From an uncultured bacterium (GTDB taxonomy: Bacteria > Krumholzibacteriota > Krumholzibacteriia > Krumholzibacteriales > Krumholzibacteriaceae), in assembly GCA_963813815.1 (NCBI GenBank), contig CAWFAD010000010.1, positions 1 through 64,000 of the forward strand: a stretch of DNA of 64,000 bases, written 5' to 3'. The notes beneath the pieces were generated by a model, which saw only the letters and a list, made by a program, of their open reading frames with translations, had not been told where the DNA came from and searched no databases. Below are positions 52,975 through 63,302 of the stretch, one piece after another. How positions within the stretch are numbered: position 1 is the stretch's first letter; every line of letters begins with the position of its first letter. Both the position numbers and the translations under genes were made by a program.

Positions 52975-54185
52975 GCGATCGTCTCCGGTCTCTCGATTGC
53001 CCGCCAGACCTTGATATAGTCGGCCGCCTCGCGCACGTCGTGGACGCGGACGATCGCGGTCCCCGCGGCGCAGCAGCGCCCGAGCGCCGCGAGCCCGCCG
53101 GCGAGGCGCTCGGAGCTCTCGCGCCCCGTGACCGCCCCGATGAAGGCCTTCCTCGAGAAGCCGACCATGACGGGAAAGCCGAGCCCGCGAAAATCGCCGA
53201 GCTGGGCGATGAGCGCGAGGTTGTGCTCCAATCTTTTCCCGAAACCTATTCCCGGGTCAACGATAATCGCCTCGCGCGCTATCCCCGCCTCCGAGAGCTC
53301 GTCCGTCCTCGCCGCGAGCCAGGAGAGAATCTCCGCGGTCACGTCGTCGTAGCGGGGATCGATCTGCATCGTCTCGGGGCTTCCCCGCATGTGCATGACG
53401 ACGACGGCCGCGCGCCGCCGCGAGGCGAGCTCGCCCATCGCCGGATCGCCCGCGAGCCCCGTCACGTCGTTCACGATCGACGCCCCCAGATCGAGCGCCA
53501 TGCGGGCGACGGAGCTCCGGCGCGTGTCGATCGAGAGCGGCACGGAAAGCTTTCCCGCGAGGCGCTCGAGAACCGGTTTCACCCTCGCGATCTCCTCTTC
53601 GGCCGTCACGGTGGCCGCGCCGGGACGCGTCGATTCGCCGCCGACGTCGATCACTCCCGCGCCCTCCTCGGCCATGGCGAACGCCCGCTCGGCCGCGCGG
53701 TCCGGGTCGAGGTACCGCCCGCCGTCGCTGAAGCTGTCGGGGGTGACGTTGAGGATGCCCATGACGACGGGTCCGGCGGAAAGGTCGAGCTCTCCGGACG
53801 GAAGGCGCACCGATCGCGGGGGGCGCAGCGCGGAGGCGACGAGCCGCTCGAGAGCGCCGCCGAGCTCCGCGAGGCCGAAGGGCTGCCGCGCGAGCTTTTC
53901 CGGCAGGCGCTCCATCCGGGCGCGGTCGGCGACGATGTAGACGCTCGATCGGTCGGGTCCGCCGGTGATCACCTCGCGGTGAACAGCGGCGTCGCCGCCG
54001 AGCGAGAGGAGCTGCTGCTTGATGATGTTCGCCTCGGGCGCCCGAACGCCGTCCACGCGCACGACGAGCATGTCGGCCTTCGCGGCGACTCTGTCCGCGC
54101 CGTGGGGATCGACTCCGGCCTCGCGGAAATACCGGGCGAGGGTTTCCCCGTGGCGGGCCGAGATGAGACGGAGAGAAAACGACAT
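52971..54185 (-). CDS. folP: Dihydropteroate synthase with N-terminal extension
   Basis: MGILNVTPDSFSDGG, DVGGESTRPG, DPGIGFGK, SRK, RVHDV. Confidence 0.95.
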   Translation of the reverse strand: MSFSLRLISARHGETLARYFREAGVDPHGADRVAAKADMLVVRVDGVRAPEANIIKQQLLSLGGDAAVHREVITGGPDRSSVYIVADRARMERLPEKLARQPFGLAELGGALERLVASALRPPRSVRLPSGELDLSAGPVVMGILNVTPDSFSDGGRYLDPDRAAERAFAMAEEGAGVIDVGGESTRPGAATVTAEEEIARVKPVLERLAGKLSVPLSIDTRRSSVARMALDLGASIVNDVTGLAGDPAMGELASRRRAAVVVMHMRGSPETMQIDPRYDDVTAEILSWLAARTDELSEAGIAREAIIVDPGIGFGKRLEHNLALIAQLGDFRGLGFPVMVGFSRKAFIGAVTGRESSERLAGGLAALGRCCAAGTAIVRVHDVREAADYIKVWRAIERPETIA

Positions 54186-54245
54186 GGGCTCCATCGTTCC
54201 GGCCGCGCGGGCGGCGCCGGAGGGCCGGGCCGCGCGGGGCGGGCG

Positions 54246-56243
<1,998 letters not shown>

Positions 56244-56298
56244 GGCGTACTCTTTCTGTTCCTACTGAACATACGTAATGGAGAATGATTTGTCCATA

Positions 56299-56976
56299 TC
56301 ACGGTTCGCGTTTCGCGTCGGTTTCCGCGGGGGGGGCCTCCCGCGCCCGCCCGACCGGCCGGAAAGGCCTCTCCGGCTCTAGTTCCGCCGCGGGGAGGGG
56401 ATCCCCGGCGGAGGCGGCCTCGCCAGCGGCGATGGGGATGAGCTCCGCGATATGGGAGAGGTTGCGGTAGCGCTCCATGAAGTCGAGCCCGTACCCGACG
56501 ACGAAGACGTCCGGCACGCGGAACCCGACGTAATGGACGGGGACGGAGATCTCCCGGCAGGCCGGCTTGTCGAGCAGCGCGCAGACGCGCAGGCTTCGCA
56601 CCTGGCGTCCGAGGAGCAGCTCCTCGAGAACCGAGAGGGTGTGTCCCGTATCGACGATGCCGTCGATGATGACGACGTCCCGGCCGGCGACGCTGCGAGC
56701 CATGTCGTTCAGTATCTCGATCCGCTCGCTCCGCTCGAAGCCGGAGCCGTAGCTGCGGACCGTGATGAAATCGATCTCGTGGGGGATCGTGAGGTGGCGC
56801 ACCAGATCGGCGAGAAAAATGAAGCCTCCCTTGAGGAGGCTGATGAAAACGGGAGTGCTGTCCGCGTAGTCCGTCGAGATCTCCTCGGCGAGCTCGCGGA
56901 CCCGCGTTTCTATTTCATCTCGGGAGATGAGCACTCGCCCGAGATGAACGCATTTGCCGGCGCCGTCCGATATCAT
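56299..56976 (-). CDS. hpt: Hypoxanthine phosphoribosyltransferase
   Basis: LKGGFIFLADL, IIDGIVDTGHT, FVVGYGLD. Confidence 0.93.
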   Translation of the reverse strand: MISDGAGKCVHLGRVLISRDEIETRVRELAEEISTDYADSTPVFISLLKGGFIFLADLVRHLTIPHEIDFITVRSYGSGFERSERIEILNDMARSVAGRDVVIIDGIVDTGHTLSVLEELLLGRQVRSLRVCALLDKPACREISVPVHYVGFRVPDVFVVGYGLDFMERYRNLSHIAELIPIAAGEAASAGDPLPAAELEPERPFRPVGRAREAPPAETDAKREP

Positions 56977-57030
56977 TTCGTGTTCCTGCCCTCATCGATG
57001 GATTGTATCATACGGCGCTCCCCCCGCGCA

Positions 57031-58410
57031 TCAAAATCCTCGCCGGAGGGGGGAAAGTTTTATGCGGATGGCCCCGCGGCGCCCCGCCGCCACCCGGGTG
57101 CGCTCGTCCGTCGCCACTCCGGGGACCCAGAATGGCCCGTTCAGGTCCTCGAACACGGGAATCGCGTCGCGCTCCGAGCACGGAACCTTCCGGTCGATCA
57201 TGATATCGCTCAGCTTTCTTCTTCCCCGCATGCCGAAGGGCGTCATGCGGTCCCCCGGACGCCGCCGGCGGACGAGGATCGGGAATCGCAACGACGCGAA
57301 CACCGCCTCGCGCGGGCCGGCGCGCAGCGTTCCCTTCAGGGGGGCGGTTCGCTCGACGAGCACCGAGAGGTTCCACGCGGGCAGAAGGTGCCTGCCCGTT
57401 CCCCCGATGACGGCCGCGGGCCTCGGCGCGGCGGGCGCGGCCTTCCGGATGAGGAGATGCGCCTGTTCCCGGACGATTTCCACACCGTGCGGAAGGGACA
57501 GGCGCCGGCCCGAGCGGCCTCCGGCCACGAGGCGCTTCACGGCGTCGTAGTGCTTTTTCTCGATGTCGCGGGGGACGCCGAGGCGCTCGCGGCAGGCGAG
57601 CTCGACGAGGAGGTAGAGCTCGAAACCGCCGAGACGCTCGATTCTCGCGAGCGGCACCCGGATCTCCCCGCCCTGCCGGGAGCGGGGGAGAAGCGCCCGC
57701 ACCGGCGCCTCGAGGGCGTCTCCGGCCTCGGCGACGTTGCCGGCGAGCCGGAGCAGCGACTCGTCGATCGCGGGGTTGAAGCCGCGGCGGAGCAACGGGA
57801 GCAGCACGTGGCGGACCCGGTTCCGGAGCATGGCGGTGTCGCGGTTGCTCGGATCGAGCGCGTAGCGGACGCCGCGGCGCCGCAGGAACGATCTCAGCTC
57901 GTCCCGCCCGCACCCGAGCAGGGGACGGATGAACACTCCCCGCCGCGGCGGCATGCCGGCGATCCCCCGCAGGCCCGCCCCGCGGATGATGTTGAGCAGG
58001 ATCGTTTCGATTTGATCGTCGCGCGTGTGTCCGAGCGCGACGGCGTTCGCGCCCCACGCCCCGGCGCATTCCTCGAGAAAGCGATGCCGGAGAATCCGGG
58101 CCGATTCCTCGATCCCTTTCTTCATCCTTCGCGATTCGGCGGGGACGTCGGCGGCTCCCGCCATGAAGGGGAGCCCGAGCGCGCGGGCGCGGCGCTCGAC
58201 GATCTTCCGCTCGCGGGCGGCCCCGGGCCGGATGCCGTGCTCGAAATGCGCGACGGCGAGCTCGAACGGCGTCTCGCGGGCGATGCGGTTCAGGATCTCG
58301 AGGAGGGCCATCGAGTCCGGGCCGCCCGAAACGGCCGCGATGATCCGGCTTCCCGGCGCGCACAGGCCCCGGGAGATCATCCACTCCCTGACATCGTCGA
58401 TACAGCCCAT
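57031..58410 (-). CDS. tilS: tRNA(Ile)-lysidine synthetase
   Basis: AVSGGPDSMAL, GHTRDDQIET, IRPLL, DPSN, RNRVR. Confidence 0.94.
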   Translation of the reverse strand: MGCIDDVREWMISRGLCAPGSRIIAAVSGGPDSMALLEILNRIARETPFELAVAHFEHGIRPGAARERKIVERRARALGLPFMAGAADVPAESRRMKKGIEESARILRHRFLEECAGAWGANAVALGHTRDDQIETILLNIIRGAGLRGIAGMPPRRGVFIRPLLGCGRDELRSFLRRRGVRYALDPSNRDTAMLRNRVRHVLLPLLRRGFNPAIDESLLRLAGNVAEAGDALEAPVRALLPRSRQGGEIRVPLARIERLGGFELYLLVELACRERLGVPRDIEKKHYDAVKRLVAGGRSGRRLSLPHGVEIVREQAHLLIRKAAPAAPRPAAVIGGTGRHLLPAWNLSVLVERTAPLKGTLRAGPREAVFASLRFPILVRRRRPGDRMTPFGMRGRRKLSDIMIDRKVPCSERDAIPVFEDLNGPFWVPGVATDERTRVAAGRRGAIRIKLSPLRRGF

Positions 58411-58458
58411 ATTGAGGCGGGTTTTGAACCGCGGAATGCGCCGGCCCGGAAAATAATC

Positions 58459-58534
58459 TGGTGGCGGTGCAGGGACTCGAACCCCGGACACAGAGATTAT
58501 GATTCTCCTGCTCTACCAGCTGAGCTACACCGCC
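58459..58534 (-). tRNA. tRNA with CAT anticodon, most likely elongator tRNA-Met
   Basis: GGCGGTG acceptor with G1-C72 pair, GGAGA-ATCATAA-TCTCT anticodon arm, TTCGA T-loop, encoded CCA. Confidence 0.93.
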
Positions 58535-58545
58535 ACAGCCGATGA

Positions 58546-58575
58546 ATAGTAAGGGCGAAACAGCGCTTCTGTCAA
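58546..58575 (-). promoter_or_regulatory. Putative promoter of the tRNA-tilS-hpt-ftsH unit
   Basis: TTGACA-18-TACTAT on the minus strand. Confidence 0.6.
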
Positions 58576-58610
58576 GGAAAAAGCTCGGAAGTGCCGTTCG
58601 GATAAGCCCC

Positions 58611-58639
58611 TTGCACGGGGTCCTCCGTTTTGCTATAGA
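58611..58639 (+). promoter_or_regulatory. Putative promoter of ilvC
   Basis: TTGCAC-17-TATAGA with TG extension. Confidence 0.5.
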
Positions 58640-58675
58640 TATAAAGCTGTTGTTCGGACGAACCGGGAGCGAGAG

Positions 58676-59695
58676 ATGCGTTTGTTCACTCCCTCCGACG
58701 CCGCCGCGGGCGTTCTCGAGGGCAAAACGATAGCGATCGCCGGATACGGCAATCAGGGACGGCCGCAGGCGCTCAATCTGCGCGACAGCGGGTGCAGCGT
58801 GATCGTCGGCGCCCGCCGGGGGCGCCCGGGCTGGAAACGGGCGTCGGACGAGCGCTTCGAGGTCATGACGATCGCCGAGGCCGCCCGCAGGGCCGATATC
58901 CTCATGCTTCTCCTCCCGGACGAGGTCCAGGGCGACGTGTTCAGGGACGAGGTCGCCGGCGCGCTTCGCGGCGGCGCGGCGCTCTGCTTCGCCCACGGAT
59001 TCGCCGTCGCCTTCGGGGAGATCGACGACCGCGGCCACGACGTCATTCTCGTCGCGCCGAAGGGGCAGGGCGGAAGGCTCCGGGAGACGTTCGTTTCGGG
59101 GGAGGGGCTGCCGTGCCTCGTCGGCGTGGCGAACGACGCGACGGGCGGCGCGCTTTCCCTCGCGCTCGGTCTCGCCGAGGCCCTCGGTTGCCTGCGCGCG
59201 GGGGCGTACGAGACGAGCTTTCGCGAAGAGGCGGTGAGCGATCTCTTCGGGGAGCAGGCCGTTCTCTGCGGCGGCGTGCCGGCGATCGTGAAACAGGCGT
59301 TCGATCTTCTCGTTCGGAAGGGATACAGCCCAGAGGTCGCGTACTTCGAGTGCGTTCACGAGCTCAAAATCATCGTCGATCTCGTCACCGAGAGGGGCTT
59401 CGCCGGAATGCGCGACGTCACGAGCGGCACGGCGGCGTACGGGAGCCTCGCGTTCGGCGAACGGATCGTCGGGAACGAAACCGGAGCGCTCATGGAAGCG
59501 CTTTTCGAGCGCATCGAGAGCGGCGAGTTCGCGCGGCTCTGGCTCGAGGAGAAGCGCTCGGGAGGGGCTGAGTTCCGGCGGCTCCGCGACGCGGAGCGGG
59601 GTCTTCTCGTGGAAACGGCCGGAGCGATCGTTCGCGGCCGGCTGCCGGTCGGCGCGGATCGCTCCGCGCGAGAAAAGGAGAAACACGATGCGTAA
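58676..59695 (+). CDS. ilvC: Ketol-acid reductoisomerase
   Basis: GYGNQG, LLPDE, FAHGF, VAPKG, DLFGEQAVLCGG, YFECVHELK. Confidence 0.95.
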   Translation: MRLFTPSDAAAGVLEGKTIAIAGYGNQGRPQALNLRDSGCSVIVGARRGRPGWKRASDERFEVMTIAEAARRADILMLLLPDEVQGDVFRDEVAGALRGGAALCFAHGFAVAFGEIDDRGHDVILVAPKGQGGRLRETFVSGEGLPCLVGVANDATGGALSLALGLAEALGCLRAGAYETSFREEAVSDLFGEQAVLCGGVPAIVKQAFDLLVRKGYSPEVAYFECVHELKIIVDLVTERGFAGMRDVTSGTAAYGSLAFGERIVGNETGALMEALFERIESGEFARLWLEEKRSGGAEFRRLRDAERGLLVETAGAIVRGRLPVGADRSAREKEKHDA

Positions 59696-60530
59696 TATGA
59701 TATTCGCGGCCGCGTTGGCGGCATTCGCGATCACGGCGGGCTGCGGCAAGGAGACGAAGAAGGACGAAGCGTCCTTCCGCATACCCGATTCGCTTCTCTC
59801 CGAGGTCGAGGGATTCCATCTCACCGTCGACGACTATCATCCGGTGAAGGGCGGCGTCATGGCGAACCGCCAGATCGAGCTTCATTACCCCGCCAACGAG
59901 TACATCCGGTTCGTCGCCGTCAAATCGTTCGGATACCTGAAGCGGGCGCACGAGCTCGTCTCGCAGGAGATCGGCCGGCCGGCGGAGGACAAGCTCGTCG
60001 TCATCGGCGCGACCGATCTCGACGAATATCTGCTCATGACGCGCAAGGAGTGGTGGTATTACGGCCTCGTCAAGGGGGACACGATCATTTTCGAGCCGCT
60101 CGACATCCTGCTCAAGCGGGTGATCATCGAGCCGGCGACGATCAACCGGGTCGCTCAGGCGGCCATCAATTACCGCTCGGGAGGCCGCTCTCCCTTCTGG
60201 CTCAAGGAAGCGGTCGCGTCGCGCGTCGCCGGAGAGGGCGAGATTCTCAAGATTCAGATGCCCGAGTTCGAGCACGAGGGCAGGGTCATGGATCCATCTC
60301 CGGAGGCGATCGAAGCGGCGATCGCCGAGGGGACCGACCGGGGGGCGTCCCGGGTGGCCTACTACGCGGCTTACCGGATGCTCGACAATCTGCTCGCCGC
60401 GCACTCGATGGACAACGTCATGTCGTTCTTCGACCGTCTCAAGCAGGGCGCGACGATCGACGAGGCCTCCTCGGAGGCCTTCGGCCTCCCGTACGACGCG
60501 CTCATCACCAAGATCCGGATCGACCGGTGA
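59688..60530 (+). CDS. Hypothetical lipoprotein, gluzincin-like without HExxH
   Basis: Lipobox ITAGC; SPFWLKEAVA. Confidence 0.7.
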   Translation: MRNMIFAAALAAFAITAGCGKETKKDEASFRIPDSLLSEVEGFHLTVDDYHPVKGGVMANRQIELHYPANEYIRFVAVKSFGYLKRAHELVSQEIGRPAEDKLVVIGATDLDEYLLMTRKEWWYYGLVKGDTIIFEPLDILLKRVIIEPATINRVAQAAINYRSGGRSPFWLKEAVASRVAGEGEILKIQMPEFEHEGRVMDPSPEAIEAAIAEGTDRGASRVAYYAAYRMLDNLLAAHSMDNVMSFFDRLKQGATIDEASSEAFGLPYDALITKIRIDR

Positions 60531-60543
60531 GCGGGCGCGCGGC

Positions 60544-62142
60544 ATGATGGATCGCGTCGAACGGCAGGAAGAGGTCGTGCGGGTGCGTTTCGCCCCGAGT
60601 CCGACGGGGCACCTCCACGTGGGGGGCGCCCGCACGGCGCTCTACAACTTTCTCTACGCGCGCAGAAACGGCGGGGTCTTCGTGCTGCGCATCGAGGACA
60701 CCGACGCGGCTCGATCGACCCGCGAATCGTACGAGGGGATTCTCCGCGGCATGCGCTGGCTCGGGCTCGAGTGGGACGAAGGGCCCGATATCGACGGCCC
60801 GTACGGCCCGTACGTGCAGTCGGCGCGGAGCGTGCTCTATCACAACGAGGCCGATCGCCTGCTGCGGGAGGGAAATGCCTACCGCTGCTTTTGCACGCCC
60901 GGGGAGATCGAGGCGATGCGCGCCGCGCAGGAGGCGGGGGGAGAGCCGCCGAAGTACAACGGACGCTGCCGCTCCCTCTCCGCGGCCGAAATCGAGGAGA
61001 AGCTCGGCCGGGGAGCTCCGCACGTCGTCCGGTTCATGATGCCGGTCGAGGGGCAGACGCGGTTCCGGGACGTGATCCGCGGCGATTTTTCGTTCGACAA
61101 CGCCGGACTCGACGATTTCGTCCTCATCAAGTCGGACGGGCGGCCGACCTACAATTACGCCGTCGTCGTCGACGACGCGCACATGCGCATCAGCCACGTC
61201 ATCCGCGGCGACGACCACATCTCGAACACGCCGCGCCAGGTGCGCCTCTACGAGGCTCTCGGGTACAAGCTGCCCAAGTTCGCCCACCTGCCGATGATTC
61301 TCGGCGCCGACCGGACGCGCCTCAGCAAACGCCACGGCGCGACGTCGATCGACGCCTACCGGGACCTCCACTACCTCAGCGATGCCATGGCCAACTACCT
61401 CGCGCTTCTCGGCTGGTCGTTCGACGGCAAGCGCGAGCTCTTCACGTTCAAGGCGCTCGTCGACGCCTTCTCGCTCAAACGGGTGTCGAGCAATCCGGCC
61501 GTGTTCGACGTGGGCAAGATGGAGTGGATCAACGCCGAGCATTTCAAGCTGCTGCCTCCGGCGGAGAAGCTGAGACTCGTGTGCGACGTGCTCGTGGAGG
61601 AGAAGCTCCTCCCGCCGGCATTCGAGGTCGATCTCTCGCGCCCCGTGGATCTCAAGCTCGTCGCGGGAAAGGAGCCGCTCAAGATCGAGGCCGCCGACGC
61701 CGGGGAGAAGGCGTACGCCCGGGAGCTGCCGCGCCTCGCCCTCATCATCGATACGCTCGGCAACCGTCTCAAGCTCCTCCGCGAGGTCCGGGATCTCATG
61801 GGGTATTTCTACAGCGACGACTTTCCGCGGGACGAAACGGCCGTGCGGAACCATCTCGCCTCGAAGGAGGCGTCCGCGCGGCTCGCCTCTCTCGCCGGGG
61901 CGTTCGAGGAGCTTCGGTACTTCGATCGCGCCTCGGTCGAGGAGACGCTCCGCGGACTCGCCGAGCGGCTCGGAGTCGAGGCCGGGGAGCTCATCCATCC
62001 CTGCCGCGTGGCCCTGACCGGCAGGACCGTATCCCCCGATATTTTCTGGGTGATCGTGCTCCTCGGCAAGGCGAAAACGATCGAGCGGCTGCGCGTCGCC
62101 TCGGGGGTCGGCTCCGCGCCGCCGGCCCCGAAAAACGATTGA
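60544..62142 (+). CDS. gltX: Glutamate-tRNA ligase
   Basis: RFAPSPTGHLHVGG, LRIEDTD, IRGDDH, LSKRHG. Confidence 0.96.
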   Translation: MMDRVERQEEVVRVRFAPSPTGHLHVGGARTALYNFLYARRNGGVFVLRIEDTDAARSTRESYEGILRGMRWLGLEWDEGPDIDGPYGPYVQSARSVLYHNEADRLLREGNAYRCFCTPGEIEAMRAAQEAGGEPPKYNGRCRSLSAAEIEEKLGRGAPHVVRFMMPVEGQTRFRDVIRGDFSFDNAGLDDFVLIKSDGRPTYNYAVVVDDAHMRISHVIRGDDHISNTPRQVRLYEALGYKLPKFAHLPMILGADRTRLSKRHGATSIDAYRDLHYLSDAMANYLALLGWSFDGKRELFTFKALVDAFSLKRVSSNPAVFDVGKMEWINAEHFKLLPPAEKLRLVCDVLVEEKLLPPAFEVDLSRPVDLKLVAGKEPLKIEAADAGEKAYARELPRLALIIDTLGNRLKLLREVRDLMGYFYSDDFPRDETAVRNHLASKEASARLASLAGAFEELRYFDRASVEETLRGLAERLGVEAGELIHPCRVALTGRTVSPDIFWVIVLLGKAKTIERLRVASGVGSAPPAPKND

Positions 62143-62158
62143 TACCAGAAAGATGGAG

Positions 62159-62187
62159 TTGCTTTCCCGGCCCGACTGTTTTATTTT
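62159..62187 (+). promoter_or_regulatory. Putative promoter of the tRNA pair
   Basis: TTGCTT-17-TATTTT. Confidence 0.5.
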
Positions 62188-62199
62188 CTGGTACGCTTT

Positions 62200-62273
62200 T
62201 GGGGAGTGGTCTAATGGCAGGACAACTGACTCTGGATCAGTTTATGGGGGTTCGAATCCTCCCTCCCCAGCCA
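62200..62273 (+). tRNA. tRNA-Gln(CTG)
   Basis: TGGGGAG/CTCCCCA acceptor, ACTGA-CTCTGGA-TCAGT anticodon arm, GCCA end. Confidence 0.96.
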
Positions 62274-62284
62274 TGAACGGACGT

Positions 62285-62359
62285 GGCCCCTTAGTCTAGT
62301 GGTCAGGACGCTTGGTTCTCAGCCAAGAATCAGGGGTTCGACTCCCCTAGGGGCTACCA
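62285..62359 (+). tRNA. tRNA-Glu(CTC)
   Basis: GGCCCCT/AGGGGCT acceptor, CTTGG-TTCTCAG-CCAAG anticodon arm, ACCA end. Confidence 0.96.
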
Positions 62360-62404
62360 GAAATAGGAAACCCGCCAGGCGCCGAGCCCGCGGGTTTCAA
62401 TGAT

Positions 62405-62447
62405 AAAGCCCGGGGTCGCGCCTCGCTGCACCCCGGGCTTTTCGTTT
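62405..62447. terminator. Probable bidirectional intrinsic terminator
   Basis: AAAGCCCGGGGT ... ACCCCGGGCTTT TCGTTT between the tRNAs and the convergent operon. Confidence 0.7.
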
Positions 62448-62465
62448 CGAGCGGCGACCGCCGCG

Positions 62466-62657
62466 TCAGCAGCCCGCTCAGGTGGGGCCGCAGGAGGAGC
62501 CGCCCGAGCACCCGCCGCACGACTTGGCCACGGCCGAGATGAGCTTCTCGAGATCGGTCGATGCGCAGGAGGGGCAACTGACCTCCTGCGACGCCCTCAT
62601 GACGAGCTCCTCGAACAGCGCGCCGCATTTCCCGCATCGATATTCGAATATCGGCAT
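62466..62657 (-). CDS. FmdB-family zinc-ribbon protein; ends at TGA 62478 unless read through as Sec to 62466
   Basis: Absent from the ORF track. MPIFEYRCGKCG...CPSCAS...CGGCSGGSSCGPT-UGA-AGC-UGA. Confidence 0.85.
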
Positions 62658-62662
62658 GACGC

Positions 62663-62860
62663 CTACTTTTTTTGTTCCGGGCTCTCGTCCGGCCGCGCGC
62701 CGGGATCCGCCCCTTTCTTCTGATGCGCCGCATCCTTCGATCGGTCCCCGATCGAGCAGGCCGACGACATTCAGGTGGGCACGCCGAGGCGCGGCAGAAT
62801 GAAGAACATGAGCACGAACCAGATGGCGACAAAGAGGAGCAGCTTGACCACGTCGTTCAT
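62663..62860 (-). CDS. Small single-TM protein, candidate selenoprotein (UGA at 62771-62773)
   Basis: MNDVVKLLLFVAIWFVLMFFILPRLGVPT-UGA-MSSACSIGDRSKDAAHQKKGADPGARPDESPEQKK-TAG. Confidence 0.7.
62737..62755 (-). promoter_or_regulatory. Candidate bacterial SECIS hairpin
   Basis: TCGATCGG-GGA-CCGATCGA; stem begins 15 nt and loop 23 nt after the UGA. Confidence 0.6.
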
Positions 62861-62868
62861 CCCCCGTT

Positions 62869-63231
62869 TCATCGTTTCGTACGTCCGGCGGGCGCGCCGC
62901 GCCGGGTTTTGCCGGACGGTTTCCGTTCGAGCGTCGCGCAGATCATGTCGCATATATCCTCGGGCAGAGCGCTGCTCAGCCGGTAGCGCACGTTCCGGCG
63001 GTCCCTCCGCGAGGCTACGAGCCCCTCGTCCCGGAGCACGCGCAGGTGCTTCGAAACGTTCGCCTGCGCGAGCCCCGTCTCGGCGACGAGCGCGGTGACG
63101 CTCCGCTCCCCCTCGCAGAGGCTTCGCAGCACGGAGAGGCGCGACGCGTCGGCCATCGCCTTGAGCCGTCTCGCGACGAGCTCGAGGGCCGGCGCGTCGA
63201 TCGAAAGCAGCGTATGCGCGGTTCCCTTCAT
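62869..63231 (-). CDS. ArsR/SmtB family transcriptional regulator
   Basis: LKAMADASRL, GERSV, QANVSKHLRVL, ICDMIC. Confidence 0.93.
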   Translation of the reverse strand: MKGTAHTLLSIDAPALELVARRLKAMADASRLSVLRSLCEGERSVTALVAETGLAQANVSKHLRVLRDEGLVASRRDRRNVRYRLSSALPEDICDMICATLERKPSGKTRRGAPAGRTKR

Positions 63232-63271
63232 ATTCCTATATACTCATATAATAATATGTGACCGGCGTCAA
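63229..63271 (-). promoter_or_regulatory. AT-rich promoter/operator of the ArsR operon
   Basis: TTGACG followed by the CATAT-n4-ATATG inverted repeat and an AT-rich tract up to the start. Confidence 0.5.
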
Positions 63272-63302
63272 GGGGAAAGCGTCGCGCGCCGGCGGGAGAG
63301 GG

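Noticed and set aside
62466..62468. Second UGA of the zinc-ribbon gene as another Sec
   Set aside because: Downstream frame is not protein-like and runs into the terminator hairpin
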